DNA from: an uncultured Pelagibacteraceae bacterium
Lineage (GTDB): Bacteria > Pseudomonadota > Alphaproteobacteria > Pelagibacterales > AG-422-B15
Length of the DNA: 64,000 nucleotides
Direction of reading: 5' to 3'
Assembly (NCBI GenBank): GCA_902619105.1
Contig: CACNCV010000003.1
Span: 180,311 to 244,310, forward strand
Shown here: piece after piece, positions 1-9,879 of the stretch
Layout: every line of letters begins with the position of its first letter
How positions within the stretch are numbered: the first letter of the stretch is position 1
Translations under genes and position numbers: made by a program
The notes under the pieces: model-generated
The model's input: the letters and a program-made list of their open reading frames with translations, nothing else
Database searches by the model: none
What the model was told of the DNA's origin: nothing

Positions 1-705
1 CTTTATTCAAATAAAGGTTCAAAATTAAGCACCCAACTATTGTATGGTGAAGAGTGCGATGTCTTTGAAACCAAAAATGGATGGTCTTGGATTCAGTCTC
101 GAAGAGATAATTATGTTGGATATACTCCTACAATTAATCTAACGAGAAAAATCTATAAACCTAATTCAAAAGTTATCTCCTTAAGAACAGTTATTTATAC
201 TAAGCCAGATATTAAAAGTGTTACAAAAGGTTACTTAAGTTTTAACTCATTAGTTGAGGTAATTAAAATTAAGGGAAAATACTCTTTAATAAAAAATTTG
301 GGCTGGTGCCCAAGTCTAGATCTAGTAAAGATTAAAAGTAGTAAATTCAACCATATAGATTTGTCAAAGCAGTACCTAGATACTCCTTATCTGTGGGGCG
401 GAAGAGACTCAATGGGCATAGACTGTTCAGGGCTAGTCCAAAATCTTCATCAGATTAATAATAGGCCTTTTCCAAGGGATACAGATATGCAAGAGATATT
501 TGTAACAAATGAAGTCAAGTATGAAAAAGATCTCAAAGCGGGAGATCTAGTATTTTGGAAAGGGCACGTTGCGATGATGATTGATAATTCGAATATCATT
601 CATGCAAATGCTTTTCATATGAAAACAGCGATTGAACCATTAAGTACAGCGAAGAAAAGGATATTAAAATCAAATGGTAAGATAAAAAAGCTTGCGAGAT
701 TGTAA
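1..705 (+). CDS. NlpC/P60 (C40) cell-wall peptidase with N-terminal SH3b-like region; 5' end runs off the window
   Basis: The frame of listed ORF 40..705 stays open back to nt 1, and its first codon at 40 is TTG. Catalytic Cys motif GIDCSGLVQ and downstream GHVAMM...IIHANA are typical of NlpC/P60. Confidence 0.8.
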   Translation, partial: LYSNKGSKLSTQLLYGEECDVFETKNGWSWIQSRRDNYVGYTPTINLTRKIYKPNSKVISLRTVIYTKPDIKSVTKGYLSFNSLVEVIKIKGKYSLIKNLGWCPSLDLVKIKSSKFNHIDLSKQYLDTPYLWGGRDSMGIDCSGLVQNLHQINNRPFPRDTDMQEIFVTNEVKYEKDLKAGDLVFWKGHVAMMIDNSNIIHANAFHMKTAIEPLSTAKKRILKSNGKIKKLARL

Positions 706-706
706 A

Positions 707-2038
707 TTAATTGAATGAAAACTTATTTCTAATAAACCAAAGCAAAATCAATGAAGGAATTACCATGACAGCGGTAATTATAAAGAAAACACCCCAATCA
801 CCCTGCAACCAGTCGACTAATGATCCTGATGATGATGCCATTAGTGTTCTTCCAGCTGTTCCAAGCGATGCCAAAAGGGCATATTGAGTTGCGGTATATG
901 TTCGGTCAACAAGTAGCGAAATAAAAGTAACAAAAGCCACAGTTGCAAAAGCTGCAGCCAAATCATCAAGTAATACCGCGGCAGCAAAGAGTAAAACTGA
1001 TTTCTCAGACCATGCCATCACACTAAACATTATGTTTGTAATCGCCATTGCAATTCCTGAAATGAATAGCGCTCTAACCACACCTGATTTTATGGAAAAC
1101 CAACCACCCAATAATGTAAATACAATTGTTGTTATCCATCCAAGTCCTTTTGAGTAAATTGCAATATCAGATTTTGAAAATCCCATTTCGTCGTAAAATA
1201 TAATGGACATGCGTCCCAAAAATGCCTCACCAATTTTAAATAAAAATATGAACCCAATTATTAATAGACTGATGGTTAACCCATTTTTTTTGAAGAAACT
1301 AATTAATGGACTTACGATAGTACTTACAAACCAAGCTGAAAATTTATTTAATTTTAAACGATCTTGGTCACTCTTTTGAGCAATTTGCCTTCTATTCGAT
1401 AGATCTTCTGGAATAAATAAAAGTCCAATATTAAAAAAAAAAATGATTAAGCAAATGAACAGAAAAGTTAATTGCCAATAATTAGCTAGGCCTTGCTGTT
1501 CAAAATAATCAGCAACAAAAAGTGTGAGCATTCCACCTATTTTATAACCCGTCCACCAACCAACCACAGCTATTGATGCGCCAGCTGCCATTGATGCTTT
1601 TTCATTCTCACCTATTTGCTCAATTCTTAAAGCATCAATTGTTATATCTTGAGATGCCGAGGAAATAGCTATCAATAATCCAATTAAAATAATTAATTCT
1701 AAATTTGTAACAGGATTGAGAGTTGTCCAAATAAATAGACATACCAGTATTATTGCTTGTAAAGAAATGATCCACGATTTTCTGTGGCCAATTTTTTGAG
1801 TTAAGGTAGGAATTTTTACACGGTCAATGATTGGAGCCCAAATAAAGTTAATTGCATATACACTAAAAATTAGACCAGCCCATCCAATTGTACTTCTCGA
1901 TAATTCATAATCTTTAAGCCAAAGCGAAAGAGCGCTTCCAATTATCACCCAAGGAAAGCCACTAATTGCTCCGAGTAGCAAGATGCGCAACATTCTATTA
2001 TCAAAATAAATTGATAATCCTACATTTTCTCTAGTCAT
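707..2038 (-). CDS. ampG: AmpG-family muropeptide MFS permease
   Basis: 443-aa polytopic protein. N-terminal region LRILLLGAISGFPWVIIGSALSLWLKD...FIWAPIIDR resembles the E. coli AmpG N-terminus. Confidence 0.8.
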   Translation of the reverse strand: MTRENVGLSIYFDNRMLRILLLGAISGFPWVIIGSALSLWLKDYELSRSTIGWAGLIFSVYAINFIWAPIIDRVKIPTLTQKIGHRKSWIISLQAIILVCLFIWTTLNPVTNLELIILIGLLIAISSASQDITIDALRIEQIGENEKASMAAGASIAVVGWWTGYKIGGMLTLFVADYFEQQGLANYWQLTFLFICLIIFFFNIGLLFIPEDLSNRRQIAQKSDQDRLKLNKFSAWFVSTIVSPLISFFKKNGLTISLLIIGFIFLFKIGEAFLGRMSIIFYDEMGFSKSDIAIYSKGLGWITTIVFTLLGGWFSIKSGVVRALFISGIAMAITNIMFSVMAWSEKSVLLFAAAVLLDDLAAAFATVAFVTFISLLVDRTYTATQYALLASLGTAGRTLMASSSGSLVDWLQGDWGVFFIITAVMVIPSLILLWFIRNKFSFN

Positions 2039-2101
2039 TAAATATTAGAATAGGTAATAGTGCTAACTAACGTCAATCAATATATTGAAGATTATTTAAA
2101 C

Positions 2102-2656
2102 TTATTCAATGGGTGCAGGATTATCGCTGAAACTTCTTAAATAAAGTATGACGTTCGCTCTATCTTTTTCTTTTTTTAGACCCACAAAAGACATTTTTGT
2201 ACCTTCAATATATTTTTTGGGATTTAAAAGGTAACCGTTAAGTTGCTCGTATGTCCAGTTGCCACCATAGGCCGCCATTGCGTTTGAGTATTTATAATCC
2301 TCTTTTGAACCAATATCTTTATTTACAATATCCCAGAGCGCTGGCCCAATTTTATTTGCTCCGCCTTTTTCTACAACATGACACTGTGAACATTTCTTAA
2401 AGACCTTTGCACCTTTTTCTATATCCGCTGATGCAAGCAGAGTTTGAATTGGTATTTCAGGTTCCGCTGTAGCAGTGTCATCTGCCATTGCTGCTGATGC
2501 AGATACTACTATATCTTCAGCACCTTCAACTTGATAGGCTGCTACCTCGGGTTTTTCAACATGATATAAAATCTCACTGAAATTTGCTAAACCGATAAAT
2601 ACAAGGGCCACAACTAATACACAGGCTACGATTTTATTGATTTCAAATGAATCCAT
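2102..2656 (-). CDS. cycM: Membrane-anchored class I cytochrome c (CycM type)
   Basis: Start moved to ATG at 2656 (MDSFEINKIV). One N-terminal TM helix, then a c-type domain with heme motif CSQCH and distal Met region GTKMSF. Confidence 0.8.
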   Translation of the reverse strand: MDSFEINKIVACVLVVALVFIGLANFSEILYHVEKPEVAAYQVEGAEDIVVSASAAMADDTATAEPEIPIQTLLASADIEKGAKVFKKCSQCHVVEKGGANKIGPALWDIVNKDIGSKEDYKYSNAMAAYGGNWTYEQLNGYLLNPKKYIEGTKMSFVGLKKEKDRANVILYLRSFSDNPAPIE

Positions 2657-2744
2657 GATGTCTCTTGACGTAATTAGATAATTATTTAAACAATAACCGA
2701 ATTTAATCAAGTTTTTATGCGTCTTCTAGTCGCATAATTTATTT

Positions 2745-3488
2745 ATGATAAGCCAAGAAAACACAGCGATAATCATCCCGGTCAGATTACAAGCGAGCAG
2801 GCTACCAAATAAGCCTTTGCTCGACATTGCTGGCAAACCAATGATCCAACATGTTTGGGAGTCAGCCATTGCTTCTGATTTGGGTCGAGTAGTGGTTGCT
2901 ACAGACAGTGATGAAATCGCCAAGTGTATTGAAAGTCTTGGGGGTGATGTATGTATGACTTCTGAAAATCATCAGACAGGTACTGATCGTATGCATGAAG
3001 CGCTTCAAGCAATTGATCCAGGTAAAATGACTCATTACATCATTAATTTACAAGGCGACTTGCCTACAATTAACTCGATGGCTTTAGAGAAAGTTTTAAA
3101 TTTATTATCATCAGAAGAAAATGAAATAGGCACACTGGTCACCCAATTTGAAAGAGAGGAAGATCTAAAGAAAGAGCAATTTGTAAAAGCAGTCTGTAAT
3201 TTATCTGGTAGTGAAACTGAATCTTATGCAGAGAATTTTGTAAGAAAACAAGGAGATTATGATTCTAAGAACCTTTTTCATCACATAGGTATTTATTCTT
3301 TTAAGAGAGATGCTCTAGAAAAATTTGTCACTTTGTCTCAAACTGATCGAGAAAAAAATGAAAAATTAGAGCAATTAAGAGCACTTGATAACAATATGAA
3401 AATAAAAATTGGTTTAATTGACTTTTTACCTCTCGGAGTTGATACTCCGGATGACTTAGAAGAAATTAGAAAGATATTAAGCAAATGA
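2745..3488 (+). CDS. kdsB: 3-deoxy-manno-octulosonate cytidylyltransferase (CMP-KDO synthetase)
   Basis: N-terminal IIPVRLQASRLPNKPLLDIAGKPMIQHV and length 247 aa. Overlaps the next gene by 4 nt. Confidence 0.9.
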   Translation: MISQENTAIIIPVRLQASRLPNKPLLDIAGKPMIQHVWESAIASDLGRVVVATDSDEIAKCIESLGGDVCMTSENHQTGTDRMHEALQAIDPGKMTHYIINLQGDLPTINSMALEKVLNLLSSEENEIGTLVTQFEREEDLKKEQFVKAVCNLSGSETESYAENFVRKQGDYDSKNLFHHIGIYSFKRDALEKFVTLSQTDREKNEKLEQLRALDNNMKIKIGLIDFLPLGVDTPDDLEEIRKILSK

Positions 3489-4318
3489 AAAAAATAGCTT
3501 TCCAGGGTGAACTCGGAGCTTATTCACATCTTGCGTGCATTGAAGCTGCGCCTGATCACAATCCTGTTGCGTGCAGAACATTTGAGTCTGCCATGGAGCA
3601 AGTTAATGCATCAGAGTGTCATTTAGCCATGATACCAATTGAAAACTCGGTCGCGGGCAGGGTAGCGGATATTCACTACTTACTTGGTGGATACGATTTA
3701 AAAATATATTCAGAACACTTTCAAGAGATCAATCATCAGTTAATGGTAAAACCAGGCGCTTCCTTAGATACAATTAAAAATGTACGTAGTCATTCTATGG
3801 CTATTGGACAATGTCATGCTGCGATAAAAAAATATAATTTAGATGTCATCATAATGGCGGACACCGCAGGTTCTGCCAAATTTATTAGTGAACAAGGAAC
3901 AATGGAAGATTCAGCGATTGCCTCAACACTTGCAGCTGATACTTATGGATTAGATATAGTAGATACAAATATTCAAGACATGAAAAATAATACAACTCGA
4001 TTTTTAATAATGTCAAAAGAACTTCAACAAGAAAGAAACGAAAACTTGTCATACCTGACAAGTTGCATATTTGAAGTAAAGAGTGTTCCTTCAGCTCTTT
4101 ATAAGGCACTTGGAGGTTTTGCAACTAATGGGGTCAATTTAACTAAATTAGAGAGTTTTATTGTTGATGGTGATTTTAATAAAGCTCAATTCTATATTGA
4201 TCTAGATGGCCACGCTGAAGATCAATCGGTAAAAGGAGCTTTAGAAGAACTATCCTTTTATACTGAAAAACTGAAAGTCTTGGGTGTTTATCCAAAACAT
4301 TCATATAGAAATAATTAG
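3485..4318 (+). CDS. pheA: Prephenate dehydratase
   Basis: IAFQGELGAYSH N-terminus, NNTTRFLIM motif, C-terminal ACT-like regulatory domain. Confidence 0.9.
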   Translation: MKKIAFQGELGAYSHLACIEAAPDHNPVACRTFESAMEQVNASECHLAMIPIENSVAGRVADIHYLLGGYDLKIYSEHFQEINHQLMVKPGASLDTIKNVRSHSMAIGQCHAAIKKYNLDVIIMADTAGSAKFISEQGTMEDSAIASTLAADTYGLDIVDTNIQDMKNNTTRFLIMSKELQQERNENLSYLTSCIFEVKSVPSALYKALGGFATNGVNLTKLESFIVDGDFNKAQFYIDLDGHAEDQSVKGALEELSFYTEKLKVLGVYPKHSYRNN

Positions 4319-4319
4319 T

Positions 4320-5243
4320 TTACTTATTGTGCATCCAAGCAACAATTAATTGGTGAGCTACAGCCATTGCAGGAGGTATCCATATTCTGTCAGGGCTTTT
4401 ACCAACGAATATACGATTTAAGTCTTCTCGAGATAACCAAACTGCATCTTCAATTTCATCCTGATCTAAATCAGTTGTATCACCATCTGTTTGACAGAAA
4501 CATGCGATCATTAATTGAGAAGGAAATGGCCATGGTTGGGTAAATTTATACTCAACACTTGTAACATTTAATCCCACTTCTTCTTTAACTTCTCTAATAA
4601 CTGCATCTTCGATGGTTTCACCAGGTTCTAAAAAACCTGCTAGTGCTGAGAACATTCTGGGTGGAAATATTTTTTGGCGACCGAGTAAACATTTGTCTTT
4701 AAAAATAGGAAGCATGATTACGACGGGGTCAACACGAGGAAATAATTCTACGTTACAATTTTTGCAAATTTTTTTGCAACCTGCATCAACAGTTTCAAGT
4801 CGGGAACTTTCACATCTGGTACAAAAAATATTGGATGAATTCCATTCGACCATCGACTTAGCCTGAGCAAGAATACCTGTGTCTTCCGGGGAAATACTCT
4901 GCGCTATCGATCTTAAATCAATAAATTTACAGTTAGGAAATGCAGTTTTGTCGAAGTCTGTGTTACTTTTTGATAAATCTATGGCGTAGTAGCTTTTATT
5001 TTTTAACTTGCCTAGGAAAAGCAAATAAGCATCTTCAATAAAATTTTTTATTTGATCATATGTGGCTAAAAAAATTGTTGAATTTGAGCCAGGTTCACTG
5101 CTCACGAGTATCAATGGTTTCCCTGTGTGAAAAACAACAAAACGTGTTTCATTGTCCAATAAATTTGTTTTTTGCCAGTCTTTATCGCTTCTAAAACCTG
5201 ACATTCTATCGAGAGGATTATTTGCAAATATTATTTTGTTCAT
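4320..5243 (-). CDS. nudC: NAD(H) pyrophosphatase, Nudix family with zinc ribbon
   Basis: CTRCES...CKNCNVELFPRVDP zinc ribbon followed by Nudix box GFLEPGETIEDAVIREVKEEVG. Confidence 0.8.
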   Translation of the reverse strand: MNKIIFANNPLDRMSGFRSDKDWQKTNLLDNETRFVVFHTGKPLILVSSEPGSNSTIFLATYDQIKNFIEDAYLLFLGKLKNKSYYAIDLSKSNTDFDKTAFPNCKFIDLRSIAQSISPEDTGILAQAKSMVEWNSSNIFCTRCESSRLETVDAGCKKICKNCNVELFPRVDPVVIMLPIFKDKCLLGRQKIFPPRMFSALAGFLEPGETIEDAVIREVKEEVGLNVTSVEYKFTQPWPFPSQLMIACFCQTDGDTTDLDQDEIEDAVWLSREDLNRIFVGKSPDRIWIPPAMAVAHQLIVAWMHNK

Positions 5244-5294
5244 TAATTTATTATTTATTAAACAACATTTTATTTTCGTTATGATACAATATTT

Positions 5295-5387
5295 TGGGAG
5301 ATTGAGTAGACAAGTTATTCGCCAATCCGGTCAGGTCTGAAAAGAAGCAGCCGTAACGAAGATATTTGGGTTACGTTGATCTCCCAC
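5295..5387 (+). ncRNA. ffs: Signal recognition particle RNA (small bacterial 4.5S type)
   Basis: Contains GGTCAGGTCTGAAAAGAAGCAGCC, matching the conserved SRP domain IV core GGUCAGGUCCGGAAGGAAGCAGCC with a GNRA-like apex. Terminal helix TGGGAGAT (5295-5302) pairs with ATCTCCCA (5379-5386). It sits directly upstream of dnaX, which from memory is a common arrangement. Confidence 0.8.
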
Positions 5388-5405
5388 TAAAGATTAGTGA
5401 TTTTT

Positions 5406-6680
5406 ATGTCCGAAACAAACAACATACCTATTCCATTAAAATATAGACCGCTAAAGTTTAGTGAACTTATTGGTCAAGATCTCATGTCTAAGACAATACA
5501 AAATGCAATTGAGATGAATAGAATTGCCAACGCTTATTTACTCACAGGGGTTAGAGGTGTAGGAAAAACAACTACAGCTAGAATTATTGCAAAATCACTA
5601 AATTGTTTGAACATAACGGAGCAAGATAACAACGAGCCATGTGGGGTTTGTGACAATTGTAAAGCGATAACAGAGTCCAGAAGTGTTGATGTTTATGAAA
5701 TGGATGCAGCATCGCGCACTGGAATAGCTGATATAAGAGAGCTGATTGAAGGCGTTCAATACTCGCCCGTATCATCAAAGTATAAAGTATATATTATAGA
5801 TGAAGTTCATATGTTATCGACCGCAGCCTTTAATGGATTGCTTAAAACATTGGAAGAGCCGCCACCTCATGTGAAATTTATTTTTGCAACTACTGAGGTA
5901 AGAAAAATACCTACAACAATACTATCAAGATGCCAAAGATATGATTTAAAAAGAGTTGAACCTGATGATTTAGTTATTTTTTTAAAATCCATATGTGAAA
6001 AGGAAACTGTTGAGTTTGAAGAAGGTGCATTGAAAATTATCGCAAGAGCTGCAGATGGATCTGTAAGAGATGGCCTATCTATACTTGATCAATCTATTGC
6101 ATTTTCAGGTAAGCATATTTCTGAAGAGCAAGTAAAAGAGATGATCGGTTTAAATGATCCAACCAAAATTTTAGAACTAATCAAATTTATTACTGCTGGT
6201 CAAACTCAACAGTCACTTGAAAAAATAAATGAACTTTATGACAACGGAGCTGACCCATCAATGATTGTAAAAGATCTAATAGAAACTGTTCATAGTTTGA
6301 CTATGATTAATATTGATGCAGCTGAGGGAGTTAAAAGCTCACTTACTGACAGTGAATATAATGCAGTGCAAGAGGTAGCAGGAAATCTTGATGTATCCAC
6401 TCTCTCAATGATCTGGCAAATGCTTAATAAGGGATTGCATGAAGTTACAGACTCATTTTCTCCTATAACTTCTCTTGAAATGTTGATCATTAGGATCATT
6501 TATTTAAATGATATACCGAAACCTAATGAATTAATAAGTGAACTAAATAATTTGGTTGAAAAAAATGACAATAAAATACAGGATAAATCAGGAGAAACAT
6601 TTTCAGAAATGGATCCAAAAGTAAAAGAAATTATTGATTTCTTTCCTGGAACTGAAGTTGAACAAATTGAAGAGAAATAA
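5406..6680 (+). CDS. dnaX: DNA polymerase III subunit gamma/tau (compact form)
   Basis: Walker A GVRGVGKTTTARI, zinc module CGVCDNCKAI, DEVHML, SRCQRYDL. ATG at 5406 preferred over GTG at 5397. Confidence 0.9.
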   Translation: MSETNNIPIPLKYRPLKFSELIGQDLMSKTIQNAIEMNRIANAYLLTGVRGVGKTTTARIIAKSLNCLNITEQDNNEPCGVCDNCKAITESRSVDVYEMDAASRTGIADIRELIEGVQYSPVSSKYKVYIIDEVHMLSTAAFNGLLKTLEEPPPHVKFIFATTEVRKIPTTILSRCQRYDLKRVEPDDLVIFLKSICEKETVEFEEGALKIIARAADGSVRDGLSILDQSIAFSGKHISEEQVKEMIGLNDPTKILELIKFITAGQTQQSLEKINELYDNGADPSMIVKDLIETVHSLTMINIDAAEGVKSSLTDSEYNAVQEVAGNLDVSTLSMIWQMLNKGLHEVTDSFSPITSLEMLIIRIIYLNDIPKPNELISELNNLVEKNDNKIQDKSGETFSEMDPKVKEIIDFFPGTEVEQIEEK

Positions 6681-6682
6681 AT

Positions 6683-7006
6683 ATGAACAATTTTAATAAT
6701 ATGATTAAGCAGGCCCAAGACTTGCAAAAAAAAATGGCTGAGGCTCAGGAAAAGGTAGAAACACTAGAAGCTGAGGGTATCTCAGGTGGAGGAATAGTTA
6801 AAATAACTATAAATGGAAAAAATAATGTAACTTCTGTAAACATTGACGAAACAGCGATAGATAAAAATGAGAAAGAAATTTTAGAGGATTTGATAGTTGC
6901 AGCTTTTAATGATGCGCGAGACAAAATTCAAAGAAAAATCGCGGATGAAATGAGTTCTCTTACCGGTGGTATAAAACTTCCTCCAGGAATGAAACTGCCT
7001 TTCTAG
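6683..7006 (+). CDS. ybaB: YbaB/EbfC nucleoid-associated protein
   Basis: 107 aa, MIKQAQDLQKKMAEAQE N-terminus, classic dnaX-ybaB-recR order. Confidence 0.9.
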   Translation: MNNFNNMIKQAQDLQKKMAEAQEKVETLEAEGISGGGIVKITINGKNNVTSVNIDETAIDKNEKEILEDLIVAAFNDARDKIQRKIADEMSSLTGGIKLPPGMKLPF

Positions 7007-7007
7007 T

Positions 7008-7613
7008 ATGAAATCTCGTATATCTAATCCAGAAATTGATAAGTTAATACTTTTAATTAGTAAACTGCCTGGTTTTGGACCTAAATCTGCAAGCAGAGCA
7101 GCGCTTCATTTAATAAAGAATAAAGAACAGTTAATGGTCCCACTCGCTGAGTCGCTTTTATCATCGAGTGAAAACATTGTTACATGTGAAATTTGTGGAA
7201 ACATCGATGTAAATTCTCCATGCATGATCTGCACAAATGAGGGTCGATCTAAAAATCAAATCTGTGTTGTTGAAAATATCGCAGATCTATGGGCACTTGA
7301 AAAATCTGAAGTATTTAACGGACTATACCATGTGTTGGGTGGTAATCTATCTGCTATAAACAGCATTGGGCCCGATGATTTAAATCTAAAAAAACTTATT
7401 GATCGAATTGAAGGCGAAAAAATTGACGAAGTCATATTGGCTTTGAGCGCGACCGTTGATGGTCAAACAACCGCTCATTATGTAGCGGATACGTTATCAA
7501 AACACAGTGTTGAAGTGAGTCGTTTAGGACACGGCGTACCTGTTGGCGGAGAGTTGGATTATATGGATGAAGGAACTATTGCCGCTGCTCTAAGTGCACG
7601 ACAAAAAATTTAG
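7008..7613 (+). CDS. recR: Recombination protein RecR
   Basis: LPGFGPKSASR helix-hairpin-helix, Cys4 finger CEICGNIDVNSPCMIC, Toprim domain. Confidence 0.95.
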   Translation: MKSRISNPEIDKLILLISKLPGFGPKSASRAALHLIKNKEQLMVPLAESLLSSSENIVTCEICGNIDVNSPCMICTNEGRSKNQICVVENIADLWALEKSEVFNGLYHVLGGNLSAINSIGPDDLNLKKLIDRIEGEKIDEVILALSATVDGQTTAHYVADTLSKHSVEVSRLGHGVPVGGELDYMDEGTIAAALSARQKI

Positions 7614-7682
7614 TTTTATTGTATTTTCTCAATTTTTTTATTCAATCTTGACCTTATATATAAGTTAGCCTATCTAAAGATT

Positions 7683-8219
7683 ATGACAGTAAAAAAGATT
7701 TTAACTGCTCCAGATCCGTTTTTAAAACAGATTTCAAAACCAGTTGATGAAGTAACTAAAGAGATCCAGGATCTAATGGATGACATGTTGGATACCATGT
7801 ATGACGCACCTGGAATAGGTTTAGCAGCGGTTCAAATCGGCGTTCCTTTGCGCGTAATTGTGATGGATATAAGCTGGAGAAATGAAGAGGGTATAAAAGA
7901 GCCCCTTTATTTTGTTAACCCTGAAATTACAGTAAAAACAAAAAATCTTTCAACGTATGAGGAGGGATGTTTATCGGTCCCAGATCAATACGCAGAAATT
8001 GATCGTCCAGAAGAATGTGAAATAAACTTTCTTGATTATAACGGAAAAAAGTCGACTCTAAACGCTAAAGGATTATTAGCGACTTGTATCCAACATGAAA
8101 TGGATCATCTTGAAGGAATTCTTTTTATTGATCATTTATCAAATATGAAACGCAACATGATTGTAAAGAAGCTCATCAAAACAAGAAAACAATCAAAAAA
8201 AGAACGAATCGTCGCTTAG
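7683..8219 (+). CDS. def: Peptide deformylase
   Basis: The three PDF motifs GIGLAAVQIG, EGCLS and HEMDH. Confidence 0.95.
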   Translation: MTVKKILTAPDPFLKQISKPVDEVTKEIQDLMDDMLDTMYDAPGIGLAAVQIGVPLRVIVMDISWRNEEGIKEPLYFVNPEITVKTKNLSTYEEGCLSVPDQYAEIDRPEECEINFLDYNGKKSTLNAKGLLATCIQHEMDHLEGILFIDHLSNMKRNMIVKKLIKTRKQSKKERIVA

Positions 8220-8224
8220 ATAAA

Positions 8225-9142
8225 ATGAAAAATTATCGCATCCTATTCATGGGCACAGCCCCATTCGCAGTACCATCTTTAAAAAAAATTGTTTCTTCAA
8301 ATAATCATTTGGTAGGTGTATATACATCTCCCGCAAAAAAGGCTAACCGAGGAATGAAATTATCAATTTCACCAGTGGCAGAATTTGCTGAAACAGAAAA
8401 TATAGAAATTAGCTCCCCTCCTTCGATTAATTCATCAGAGGAATTAAAAAAACTACAAGAAATGAATTTGGATATGATAATTGTTGTTGCTTATGGATTG
8501 ATATTACCTGAAGAAGTAATCAATTTACCTACACTTGGTTGTTTTAATGTACATGCATCTTTACTCCCTCGGTGGAGGGGTGCTGCACCAATTCAAAGAG
8601 CAATGATTGAAGGTGATCAGACTACGGGCGTTACAATTATGAAAATGGATAAAGGTCTTGATACAGGTGATATTGGGCTGCAAAAAGAAATAAAAATAGA
8701 ACAACAAAACTACAGTGAGTTAGAAAAAGAACTCGCAAATGAAGGAGCTGAATTGCTTATAAATTTTATTGATAGATTAGATGGCTCTATTCAGTTTGCG
8801 AAGCAAAATGATACGCAGGCCTGTTATGCGAGGAAAATACAAAAACAAGAATCTTTAATAGATTGGACTGAAAATGCTGAGAAAATAAATAGACGCATAA
8901 ATGCTTATAATCCTAGCCCATGCGCTTGGTTTTCACTAAATAATAAAAGAATTAAAATACTTAAGGCTGAGGTAATTCATGAGAAAGGTGAGGCCGGAAA
9001 GATTATGAATAAAGAATTTTTAATTGGTTGTGGTATTAATTCAATTAGACCGTTGCTTCTCAGAGTTGAAGGTAAACAAGATTGTACAATCAATGACTTT
9101 CTTTTAGGACATAAAATTGAAGTTGGCTCTTATATTCAATGA
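8225..9142 (+). CDS. fmt: Methionyl-tRNA formyltransferase
   Basis: HASLLPRWRGAAPIQRA motif and def-fmt order. Confidence 0.95.
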   Translation: MKNYRILFMGTAPFAVPSLKKIVSSNNHLVGVYTSPAKKANRGMKLSISPVAEFAETENIEISSPPSINSSEELKKLQEMNLDMIIVVAYGLILPEEVINLPTLGCFNVHASLLPRWRGAAPIQRAMIEGDQTTGVTIMKMDKGLDTGDIGLQKEIKIEQQNYSELEKELANEGAELLINFIDRLDGSIQFAKQNDTQACYARKIQKQESLIDWTENAEKINRRINAYNPSPCAWFSLNNKRIKILKAEVIHEKGEAGKIMNKEFLIGCGINSIRPLLLRVEGKQDCTINDFLLGHKIEVGSYIQ

Positions 9143-9879
9143 ACAGGTACAAAATAAAAATTGAGTATGATGGCACCCCGTTTGTCGGATGGCAAAGACA
9201 AGAAAATGGACAATCAGTTCAAGGGTGTATTGAAAAAGCAATAAATAATATATTTGAGGAAAACATAACTATCTTTGGGGCTGGTAGAACAGATGCAGGT
9301 GTTCACGCAATGGGGCAGGTTGCTCATTTTGATGTTAGAGAGAAATTACTTGAACCATATGTAATTAAGAACGCATTAAACGATCACTTGAGGCCGTTTC
9401 CAATTTCCATATTAGAAGTAGAAAAAGCACATAATGATTTTCATGCAAGATTTGATGCAACTCAGAGAAAATACCTTTATAGAATAGTAAACAGAAAGTC
9501 ACCACTCACTATTGAGAAGGGAAGAGCTTGGCAGGTACATAAAGACATTGATGTTGATTTGATGAAGGAATGTATTTCTTCAATTGAGGGTCAGCATGAC
9601 TTTACAACATTCCGTTCGGCCCATTGTCAATCTGATAGTCCAATAAAAACTTTAGACAGCCTAAAAATTAGCAAATCAGAAGAAAATATCTATTTTGGTT
9701 TCACTGCAAAATCATTTCTGCATCATCAAGTTAGATCAATTGTTGGAAGTTTAAAGCTAGTTGGAGAAAAAAGTTGGTCATCTGGTGACTTTGAAAAAGC
9801 GTTTAATTCAAAAGATCGCTCTAAATGCGGAGCACTTGCTCCTCCTGAGGGATTATATTTCATGGAGGTTAAATACTAA
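9139..9879 (+). CDS. truA: tRNA pseudouridine(38-40) synthase
   Basis: GAGRTDAGVHA catalytic-Asp motif. Overlaps fmt by 4 nt. Confidence 0.95.
   Translation: MNRYKIKIEYDGTPFVGWQRQENGQSVQGCIEKAINNIFEENITIFGAGRTDAGVHAMGQVAHFDVREKLLEPYVIKNALNDHLRPFPISILEVEKAHNDFHARFDATQRKYLYRIVNRKSPLTIEKGRAWQVHKDIDVDLMKECISSIEGQHDFTTFRSAHCQSDSPIKTLDSLKISKSEENIYFGFTAKSFLHHQVRSIVGSLKLVGEKSWSSGDFEKAFNSKDRSKCGALAPPEGLYFMEVKY

Noticed and set aside
2726-2923. 65-aa minus-strand ORF at the 5' end of kdsB.
   Set aside because: It is antisense to the strongly conserved KdsB N-terminus and has no motif.
5152-5340. 62-aa ORF in the nudC-dnaX spacer.
   Set aside because: It overlaps the nudC 5' end and the SRP RNA. The conserved SRP domain IV sequence explains the region better.
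5968-5990. Slippery-looking T TTT TTA heptamer inside dnaX, as a possible -1 frameshift site for a gamma product.
   Set aside because: The -1 frame hits TGA after a few codons. The product would be truncated at about residue 195, inside the ATPase/lid region, unlike the E. coli gamma end point. No downstream stem-loop was noticed.
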